Shown here piece after piece: positions 18,129 through 25,920 of a stretch of 56,808 nucleotides of DNA. This DNA is from Bacteroidota bacterium (GTDB taxonomy: Bacteria > Bacteroidota > Bacteroidia > Bacteroidales > JAADGE01), in the NCBI GenBank assembly GCA_024277895.1, contig JAJRUH010000065.1, positions 1 through 56,808 on the forward strand, written 5' to 3'. Both the position numbers and the translations under genes were made by a program. The notes below the pieces were generated by a model. The model was not told the DNA's origin. It made no database searches and saw only the letters and a program-made list of their open reading frames with translations. Positions within the stretch are counted from its first letter, which is position 1. Every line of letters starts with the position of its first letter.

Positions 18129-19754
18129 TTATTTATTGTTCGTTATTAAGCTCTTTTTCCCGTCAACATAATCGGCAAACTGCTTAAAAACTTTCTTATT
18201 TTCTTTTTTTAAAATCATAAGACTTGTATTTAAAGCCGATTTTACTGCTATCAGCACACCTCCGCCCAAATCCGCCCAATGTCCGCTTTGCAGTAAATTT
18301 TTTACGGGTGTTTTATAAGAAGCAACTTTATTCATAATATTTTCTTTTCCCGGTTTTTGTCCCATCATCGTTCCGTTTTTATTCAGAGTATATCGATAAT
18401 AGGTAATCGGAGTTGCTACATCATAAAACAAAATATGTTCTTTTAAATTCGGAATTAATTTTTCCTGAATGCGATTAATCAAAATTTCTGCAAATTCATG
18501 TTTCAGCTTTTTGTATGCTTTGTTGCGCAGAAAATTTCCGTTTGAATCTTTTTCACATTCCCAATAATTATTTTGTTCCATAGAAGCAGGAATAAAAATA
18601 TTCAAAGTTCCTTTTCCTTCCGGAACAAGTGTTTTATCTCTTAACGAAGGTGCCGAAATATGAATTCCGCTTTTATGCGGGTTGCCTCCGCTTAAATCTT
18701 TCCGGTTTACCGAAGCATCAAAAAAATAGATATTTTCCGTACCTATTCCCAGCTTTTCTGCCGGACAATTTAACGCAACCGAAACAGTTACTGCAGAGCT
18801 GTATATTTCCGCATTCTTCAATTTGCTTTTCTTTTTTTCGGAAACAGCATTATCGGGAAGCAGTTTGTTATATAACTCACCTAAATCGCTTGCCGAGACA
18901 ATATATTTGCACCTCACTTCTTTAATTCCGTTTTTCGTAAGAACCCTAACACCTGAAACTTCATTTTTTTCAACAATAATTTTCGTAACTTTAGAATTTA
19001 AGAACACCTCTCCGCCTCTTTCTTTCGTTTTCGCCGATAACCACTGCGGATATGCACGACTTCCGCCTTTCGGAGGCGTTTGAAAATTGTCGGAATAAGC
19101 CCAGGCAACCGGAACCAAACAGGATAGTAAATCATTTTCAGCACCGAAAATATTTTGCAATACTTGTGATTTTGAATATTTTTTTAATCCTTTCTCCACT
19201 CCTTCATCTCCGGTATATTTTATATGCGGAATAAATGCAAAAGCAAATTTCAGCATTTTTAATCCGTATATAATTTTTCCGAATAAGCTGCGTGTTTCAA
19301 CTGAACGCCCGAGATATACATAATCATTAAAAGATTTTGAAATACGCCCGGCATCTCTGAAAAAATTATTAATCCCTTTTTTCTCATCAGGAAATTTTGA
19401 AATAAGATTTTCTTTTAATTTATCAGGATTATTTGTGAGAAGATAATCGGAATTTTCAGCAGCAAATCTGCGAATTTCTGTTTGACTTTCTGCTTTCGGA
19501 TAATCTTCTCCTATAATTTTAAAAATATTACTTACAAACCCTTGCTCTCCGCAATCGTTCAACCAATGAATCGCCGTATCGAATTTATATCCTTTTCTGT
19601 CAAATCCTGCCAGATAACCTCCGACTTTTTCACTCATTTCAAAAACACAGCACGACAATCCGGCTTTGCTCAATAATGACGAAGAAGTTAAACCGCTGAT
19701 ACCTCCGCCGATAATTACAACATCATAATATGCTTTAGGGTTTATTTCTTTCAT
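18129..19754 (-). CDS. Phytoene desaturase/retinol saturase-like FAD-dependent oxidoreductase
   Basis: IIGGGISG, GGYLAGFDRKGYKFD, DVATPITYYRYT, KTPVKNL..SGHW..GGGV; start placed at ATG 19754 (ORF track uses 19766). Confidence 0.85.
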   Translation of the reverse strand: MKEINPKAYYDVVIIGGGISGLTSSSLLSKAGLSCCVFEMSEKVGGYLAGFDRKGYKFDTAIHWLNDCGEQGFVSNIFKIIGEDYPKAESQTEIRRFAAENSDYLLTNNPDKLKENLISKFPDEKKGINNFFRDAGRISKSFNDYVYLGRSVETRSLFGKIIYGLKMLKFAFAFIPHIKYTGDEGVEKGLKKYSKSQVLQNIFGAENDLLSCLVPVAWAYSDNFQTPPKGGSRAYPQWLSAKTKERGGEVFLNSKVTKIIVEKNEVSGVRVLTKNGIKEVRCKYIVSASDLGELYNKLLPDNAVSEKKKSKLKNAEIYSSAVTVSVALNCPAEKLGIGTENIYFFDASVNRKDLSGGNPHKSGIHISAPSLRDKTLVPEGKGTLNIFIPASMEQNNYWECEKDSNGNFLRNKAYKKLKHEFAEILINRIQEKLIPNLKEHILFYDVATPITYYRYTLNKNGTMMGQKPGKENIMNKVASYKTPVKNLLQSGHWADLGGGVLIAVKSALNTSLMILKKENKKVFKQFADYVDGKKSLITNNK

Positions 19755-19917
19755 ATTCGTCTGCAAGATAAAAAGTTTAGATTAAACTTGATATTTTATT
19801 TCCCTATTCGGATATTATCAGGAAATAATTCAAATTAAATTTAAAAAAATTATCCGACAAACTGTTCAATCAGTTATTTTAATATATTTGTACAAATAAA
19901 AATATAAAGTTTCTATT

Positions 19918-20892
19918 ATGTTAGTCCATTTTTTAAAATTAATCAGAATAAAAAATCTTATAATTATCGCAGCCACACAATATTTAATGCGCTATGCGGT
20001 TATTTTTCCGATTTTAGAATCACGAGGATACAAATCACAATTCAGTGATTTTAATTTCTTTCTGTTAGTTTTAACAACAATTCTTCTTGCAGCGGCAGGA
20101 TATGCCATTAATGATTATTTTGATACTAAAACCGACTTAATCAATCGTCCGGAAACGGTTGTTGTGGGAAAACATATCAACCGTCGACATGTTATGACTT
20201 TACATATTATTTTTAATACTGTTGCGATAATATTAGGTTTTTACATTTCTTATCAAATTCATCTTTGGAAACTTCTTTATATTTATATCATTATTACAGG
20301 TTTACTTTGGTTTTATTCGACTTCTTATAAAAAACAATTTCTTATAGGAAATATAATAATTGCATTTTTAACGGCTATGGTTCCGTTAATGACAGTTTTA
20401 TATGAAATTCCGCCGCTTAACAAAGAATATTTTGACACCTTGCTTGAACTGAAAGACAATTTTAATGATTTATTCTTTTGGGTTACGGGTTTTTCGGCTT
20501 TTGCCTTTATTACAATATTAAATCGAGAAATTATAAAAGACGTTGAAGATTTTGAAGGAGATGCTGCCTACGGCAGCAGAACAATGCCGGTGGTTGCCGG
20601 AATTAAAACATCAAAAATTGTTACTGTTTCGTTAAGTATTATAACAATAGCTTTATTAGTTTTTATTTACATTAAATATTTGATGTATCCTTGTTCAAGT
20701 TGCATTACAATTGACTATATATCAGCAATATACTTGAGCCTATTTGTTGTATTTCCGTCCTTAATAATGATGTATCTGATTATTAATGCTAAAGATAAAA
20801 AAGATTGGCATCGAGCAAGCACTTTATCAAAAATTATTATGCTTTTCGGGATATTGTATGCTCTGATTGTGTGGTATAATTTTACACATTAA
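19918..20892 (+). CDS. UbiA family prenyltransferase (DGGGP synthase-like)
   Basis: AGYAINDYFDTKTDLINRP and REIIKDVEDFEGD aspartate-rich motifs; multiple TM segments; TATATTTG promoter at 19883-19890. Confidence 0.88.
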   Translation: MLVHFLKLIRIKNLIIIAATQYLMRYAVIFPILESRGYKSQFSDFNFFLLVLTTILLAAAGYAINDYFDTKTDLINRPETVVVGKHINRRHVMTLHIIFNTVAIILGFYISYQIHLWKLLYIYIIITGLLWFYSTSYKKQFLIGNIIIAFLTAMVPLMTVLYEIPPLNKEYFDTLLELKDNFNDLFFWVTGFSAFAFITILNREIIKDVEDFEGDAAYGSRTMPVVAGIKTSKIVTVSLSIITIALLVFIYIKYLMYPCSSCITIDYISAIYLSLFVVFPSLIMMYLIINAKDKKDWHRASTLSKIIMLFGILYALIVWYNFTH

Positions 20893-20927
20893 TATTCGGA
20901 GTTTCTAATTTTAAAATAAAAAATTTA

Positions 20928-21509
20928 ATGAATTTCCTTTCTGATAAAAAAATTTTACTTGCTTCAAAATCACCGAGAAGAAAGCAACTTTTGAAGGATA
21001 CAGGTTTTAGTTTTACAGTTATAAAAGGTAAAGAAGTTGACGAAAGCATTCCCGAAAAGATTACAGGAAAAGATGTTGCAATTTTTCTTGCCGATTTAAA
21101 AGCCGATGCATATACCAATGAAATTAAAGAAAATACAATATTAATTACGGCAGATACAATTGTTTGCTTAAACGATAAAATTCTGGGAAAACCAAAAGAT
21201 TACGAAGATGCTTTTAACATTTTACAATCTCTTTCCGGCAAGGAACACAAAGTAATTACCGGAGTTTCTGTTCGTTCTGCCGAAAAGCAAATTTCTTTTG
21301 CAGATGAAACTTCCGTAAAATTTAAAGATTTAAGCAAAGAAGAAATTGACTATTACATAACAAATTACAAGCCTTACGACAAAGCCGGCGCATACGGAAT
21401 TCAGGAATGGATAGGTTATATAGGAATTACCGAAATCAAAGGTTCATATTTTAATGTAATGGGCTTGCCGGTTCAAAAAATCTATGAAATTTTAAAGAAA
21501 TTTGCTTAA
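20928..21509 (+). CDS. maf: Maf family nucleotide pyrophosphatase
   Basis: LASKSPRRKQLL, TADTIV, DKAGAYGIQ, NVMGLP. Confidence 0.95.
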   Translation: MNFLSDKKILLASKSPRRKQLLKDTGFSFTVIKGKEVDESIPEKITGKDVAIFLADLKADAYTNEIKENTILITADTIVCLNDKILGKPKDYEDAFNILQSLSGKEHKVITGVSVRSAEKQISFADETSVKFKDLSKEEIDYYITNYKPYDKAGAYGIQEWIGYIGITEIKGSYFNVMGLPVQKIYEILKKFA

Positions 21510-22333
21510 AAATACGGTTCATCGGTAATTTTATTTCTCGGAATATTATAAGGATTATTGCGTTTAAATTCAGAAGCAAGTTTTCTTTTCACAACTTTAT
21601 GATTTAACACATTATTATCATTCTGATTTTTTAAGTATTGTATTAAAATTGTATCAACTTCTTCATAAGACGATGCTCCGATTTGATCCAAATCGCTGTT
21701 TGTAATTCCGAGCCCGTCGGTAGGAACGGCATCAATACACGCATCAAGTGCTTTCGCCTGTTCTTTGTTTTCAATATTGTCAACTAAAAATCTCGACATT
21801 GCATAAACTTCGGTTTTCCAAAGATTTTGTATCATTCCGTAATCTCCCACATCACCGTGCAATGTCCAGAAACCGAGTAATAACTCAGTATAATTATCGG
21901 TTGAAAGCACCATTCCTTTGTATTTTGCAGCCAAATCATACAGATACATCATACGTAAACGTGCTTTAACATTTCCTTGCCTAATTTTATATGCATGTTC
22001 ATTTTTATCAACTGTTTCAAAGTCTTCAGCAATCCCGGGTATAATATCATTAAAAGTTTCCGATAAATTAACTTCTGTAAAATTATGACCGAAAGTTTTG
22101 CCTATATCTTCTGCCCTTTTAATTTCTTCGGATTTATTTGTTGAAATCGTGATGCTTCGGCAGTGTAATGTTGTGCCGGTTTCTTCACAAACAGGACGAG
22201 CCAAAGCTGCACACAAAGCACTGTCGATACCTCCTGAAACACCCAATACTAAAGACTGCAAAGGACTTTTCTGCATATATTTTTTTAATTCTGATTGTAT
22301 ATTTTTAACTGCTGATTTATAATTTTGTATCAT
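21506..22333 (-). CDS. nadE: NH3-dependent NAD+ synthetase
   Basis: GVSGGIDS, GNVKARLRM, GFWTLHGD; no glutaminase domain. Confidence 0.9.
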   Translation of the reverse strand: MIQNYKSAVKNIQSELKKYMQKSPLQSLVLGVSGGIDSALCAALARPVCEETGTTLHCRSITISTNKSEEIKRAEDIGKTFGHNFTEVNLSETFNDIIPGIAEDFETVDKNEHAYKIRQGNVKARLRMMYLYDLAAKYKGMVLSTDNYTELLLGFWTLHGDVGDYGMIQNLWKTEVYAMSRFLVDNIENKEQAKALDACIDAVPTDGLGITNSDLDQIGASSYEEVDTILIQYLKNQNDNNVLNHKVVKRKLASEFKRNNPYNIPRNKITDEPYF

Positions 22334-22463
22334 AATATGTTTTAATTTTGCGTAAAAGTAAATAATTAGCCAAAAAAACTGAAATATTTTTTGCTTATAA
22401 ATAAAGATAACTATCTTTGCACTCCGAAATTTGAAAGAGTATAAGAATACAAATATTACAAAA

Positions 22464-22715
22464 ATGAAAAAAGATATCCATCCGAAGAATTACAGAGAAG
22501 TCGTATTTAAAGATATGTCTAACGAAGAAATAAGAATTGTGAGATCAGCTGCTCCCGCTAAAGAAACTATTGAAATTGAAGGTAAAGAGTATCCTTTAAT
22601 TAAAATGGAAATTTCCAGCAGTTCGCATCCTTTTTACACAGGTAAAATGAAATTTGTGGATTCTGCCGGTCGTGTTGATAAATTTAACCAACGATATAAA
22701 AAGAAAACAAAATAA
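22464..22715 (+). CDS. rpmE: 50S ribosomal protein L31 type B (no Zn-binding cysteines)
   Basis: [31 protein letters not shown]; start set at ATG 22464; promoter TTTG(22390)...TATCTTTG(22412-22419). Confidence 0.95.
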   Translation: MKKDIHPKNYREVVFKDMSNEEIRIVRSAAPAKETIEIEGKEYPLIKMEISSSSHPFYTGKMKFVDSAGRVDKFNQRYKKKTK

Positions 22716-22736
22716 TTCTTTTAAAATATTTAACAG

Positions 22737-22766
22737 AAGCTCTGCAATTACGGCAGAGCTTTTTTT
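22737..22766 (+). terminator. Rho-independent terminator after rpmE
   Basis: AAGCTCTGC-loop-GCAGAGCTT plus T tract. Confidence 0.8.
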
Positions 22767-22820
22767 ATATTAATTTTTTAATCTTAAATTTACATATTTT
22801 AAAATTAAAAAAAATTAAGA

Positions 22821-24011
22821 ATGAACATTATATTATTTGACGGTGCCGAAAGAGAAAACCTTTTACCTTTAACTTTCACACGACCTGTTGCCGCATTGAG
22901 AATCGGGATTTTAACAATTAAAGAAAAATGGGAACTTTCTTTAAAAACTTCGGTTTCATTTTTAACGCAAAACTATTTAAGAAAAAAATTTCCGTTTAAA
23001 ACAGAAAAGAGAAACTATCTGATAAACGGCTCTGTTTTTCCGAATAAATCTCTAATCTGCGAAATTAAAAAATTAGAAGCCGGCGAGTTATTAATTAAAA
23101 ACAACAAACCGATTGCAGCCTGCATAAAAGACTTCAGAGTTGAAACAATTAATTTTGAGCATTTTGACGATTTTAAATTAATTCAATCCGAATCCGATTT
23201 TTCTCAAATAAAATTTCCTTGGGATATTTTTTCTTTAAACGGTCAGGAAATTGAAAATGATTTCAAACTTATTACAAAAGGCAGAAAATCGCAAAAATTA
23301 AGCCCTGCCGTTAGTACAAATCAGGCTGAAAATATTTTTTTAGAAGCCGGTGCAAAAGTTGAGTTCGCAACTTTGATTCCGGATAACGGATACATATACA
23401 TAGGCAAAGATGCTGAAATAATGGCAGGTTCAATCGTTAAAGGATCATTTGCTTTATGCGAACATTCTGTTTTAAAAATAGCTGCTAAGATATACGGACC
23501 CACAACTGTCGGTCCGTATTCAAAAGTTGGCGGAGAGGTTAATAATTGTGTAATTCAGGGATATTCGAATAAAGGGCATGACGGTTTTCTGGGAAATTCA
23601 GTTATCGGAGAATGGTGTAACTTGGGTGCGGATACAAACAATTCTAATCTTAAAAACAACTATGCGGAAGTAAAATTATGGAACTATACTAAGAAGGGTT
23701 TTATAAAATCGGGTCTTCAATTTTGCGGTTTAATTATGGGTGATCATTCCAAATGCGGGATAAATACTATGTTTAATACCGGAACAGTTGTAGGAGTAAG
23801 TGCAAATATTTTCGGATCCGGATTTCCGAGAAATTTTATTCCTTCATTTTCGTGGGGAGGTGCTTCCGGATTTACGACTTACAAATTGCCTAAAGTTTTT
23901 GAAACAGCAAAACTCGTTATGCAACGTCGTAACATTGAATCAGATGAAACCGAACAAGCAATATTAAAAGAGATTTTTAAACAAACAGAAGAATTCAGAA
24001 CACAATATTAA
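22821..24011 (+). CDS. GlmU-related putative sugar nucleotidyltransferase with hexapeptide repeats (Bacteroidetes type)
   Basis: LLPLTFTRPVAALRIGILTI, left-handed beta-helix repeats, SNKGHDGFLGNS, GADTNNSNLKN. Confidence 0.85.
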   Translation: MNIILFDGAERENLLPLTFTRPVAALRIGILTIKEKWELSLKTSVSFLTQNYLRKKFPFKTEKRNYLINGSVFPNKSLICEIKKLEAGELLIKNNKPIAACIKDFRVETINFEHFDDFKLIQSESDFSQIKFPWDIFSLNGQEIENDFKLITKGRKSQKLSPAVSTNQAENIFLEAGAKVEFATLIPDNGYIYIGKDAEIMAGSIVKGSFALCEHSVLKIAAKIYGPTTVGPYSKVGGEVNNCVIQGYSNKGHDGFLGNSVIGEWCNLGADTNNSNLKNNYAEVKLWNYTKKGFIKSGLQFCGLIMGDHSKCGINTMFNTGTVVGVSANIFGSGFPRNFIPSFSWGGASGFTTYKLPKVFETAKLVMQRRNIESDETEQAILKEIFKQTEEFRTQY

Positions 24012-24066
24012 AAAAATTGAAATTATATTACACTGTTTTTTTTCAGTAAGAATAACAAATTAAAAT

Positions 24067-24382
24067 AGGGCTTGCTGAAAAGTTCACAGGTGCATTAGAT
24101 TTCAAGTTTCTCGTTTGAAGTCGTATATAAATACCTTAAATCCGCAAGTCATCGTATCAGTGTATTAGCAAACAGCCTGTTAGGTTTAAACCTGTTTTAC
24201 TTAAATTGAAATAGTGATACGATGACTATCAACAGAAAGATGATGTGCCCGTGGGCAGCTAAAATATTTTACACAAGTGCAAGGAAATAGGGTGAAATGA
24301 ATTAAAAGCCTTGCACTTGTATATGTAAATAACCTTATAAGTAACTGAAACACAAATATATTAGCGTTTTTCAGTAAGCCCT
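24067..24382. mobile_element. MITE-like structured element, copy 1 (316 bp)
   Basis: Terminal inverted repeats AGGGCTTGCTGAAAA...TTTTCAGTAAGCCCT; homologous in inverted orientation to 44759-44993; three internal stems; no coding capacity. Confidence 0.85.
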
Positions 24383-24393
24383 AAAATAAACAG

Positions 24394-24424
24394 AAAAGCC
24401 GTCAAAAATACTGACGGCTTTTTT
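24394..24424. terminator. Bidirectional intrinsic terminator
   Basis: AAAAGCCGTCA-loop-TGACGGCTTTT between convergent genes. Confidence 0.8.
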
Positions 24425-24442
24425 GTGAAAAAATATTTTTCA

Positions 24443-24883
24443 TCAGTATGAAAATCCTACAACAACCGCAATACAACCGCTTTGCGGTTTTTTATCTTTT
24501 GCGGCTTCGGGAACTTCTACTGAAATTATTAAATTTTGGTTTTTATCGGAAACAAAATCCCAACTTTCTTCTTTCGTTATATTACTGTCATACAATACTT
24601 GTCGTTGAAAATTAGTAACTTTAAAGTTTAATTTCGGCATATTTTCAGCACCTACAACAACAATTCGGTACGTGCGTCCTTTAAAAAACGATTTATAGAT
24701 ATCAACATTATCTCCTTCACGTAAAGGTAGTGCGTTAAATCGAGCTTCAGGAATATATTTACTGGTATCCAGATACGTAAACCCTTTTGTTTTAACGAGA
24801 TCAATACATTGAGCATTAGCCGAAGTTAAAGCAATAAAGACAAATAATGCCGTTGCAATAATATGTTTAACTTTCAAATTCAT
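24443..24883 (-). CDS. Hypothetical exported protein (Cys near both mature termini)
   Basis: Signal peptide ANA/QC; C-terminal SGCIAVVVGF; beta-rich. Confidence 0.7.
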   Translation of the reverse strand: MNLKVKHIIATALFVFIALTSANAQCIDLVKTKGFTYLDTSKYIPEARFNALPLREGDNVDIYKSFFKGRTYRIVVVGAENMPKLNFKVTNFQRQVLYDSNITKEESWDFVSDKNQNLIISVEVPEAAKDKKPQSGCIAVVVGFSY

Positions 24884-24900
24884 TTTTTCCTGATTTAAAT

Positions 24901-25719
24901 TTATACAATATAACTATTACGGACTTGTTTGATTAAATCGCAAAATTTCTTGAAATTTTCATCAGACATATTATCCTCAAGTAATAAGTATAATTTGTAA
25001 ATTTTATCAATATCATTTTTTAAAGGCATCAATGTTTTATCACCTTTTACGTTTTCCAATGCTTTATTCATTAACTCAAGCGAAATTTTCTGAGCCAAAA
25101 TACTTTCGGTAAGCTGAGGATTTGTTTCGGGAGAATCATTTGATAACGAAACTGCAATATATTGTGCTTCAACCCAACCGCCGATTAAAATCATTGTAAT
25201 TACCTTTTGTCGATTATTTTCCCTCAAATAAGCATCTGTATTCATAAAAGATTCATTGATAATTTTCATCATATGCTCTTTATCCAGTTTATTGTTTTTA
25301 ATCATATCCAAATGACGTTTTTCAATAGATTGTGTGATACCTATTTCCTCTGACATCCCTTTTACAATATCCAAATAATCGTATGTAATTTGTTCTTGAT
25401 CAAAAAGACTTGCATAGCTTAAATCTGCTGTATAAATGCCGATATTTAAAGCAATTTTTGAGTTTGTATTATATTTTTTATAATTTGAGCTTGGATTAAT
25501 AATATCTTTATTAAAATGCAAATCAGGATTATCAATAAGCATAACAGCCATATCGGAAGGTGCCAGCATAGAAATTAATATTTCTTCACGAATATCGGAA
25601 GAATCTATCGTTTCACCTGTTAATTCATCCGTATTTGCATTTTCGCCGGAATTACAGCTGCTCATAAACCAAGTCGCCAGTCCGAAGAGAAAAATTAATG
25701 GAAAAAATCTTCTTTTCAT
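24901..25719 (-). CDS. Hypothetical alpha-helical lipoprotein
   Basis: Start MKRRFF at 25719, lipobox MSSC; ALNIGIYTADLSY and ILIGGWVE motifs. Confidence 0.7.
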   Translation of the reverse strand: MKRRFFPLIFLFGLATWFMSSCNSGENANTDELTGETIDSSDIREEILISMLAPSDMAVMLIDNPDLHFNKDIINPSSNYKKYNTNSKIALNIGIYTADLSYASLFDQEQITYDYLDIVKGMSEEIGITQSIEKRHLDMIKNNKLDKEHMMKIINESFMNTDAYLRENNRQKVITMILIGGWVEAQYIAVSLSNDSPETNPQLTESILAQKISLELMNKALENVKGDKTLMPLKNDIDKIYKLYLLLEDNMSDENFKKFCDLIKQVRNSYIV

Positions 25720-25920
25720 AATAGTTTTATTTAATGTCTGAAACACAAATTAAATAAAAAAAATCCATTCTTTAAAATTAATAGTATAAATGTTCCGAAA
25801 ACATTTATAAAACGTCAAAATCACAGATTAATTATTTAATTTGTCATTTAAAAATTAAACCGTATTTTTGTGTTAAAGAGGTAAAAAGATTTAAAAAACT
25901 TTCAATACAAATTCAGAAAA

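Noticed and set aside
18129-19754. Carotenoid biosynthesis cluster
   Set aside because: No crtB, crtY or crtZ neighbours, and family membership alone does not fix the substrate
19918-20892. Archaeal-type ether lipid pathway
   Set aside because: A DGGGPS-like UbiA next to maf is widespread in Bacteroidota, and no GGGPS, G1PDH or CarS gene is present in the window
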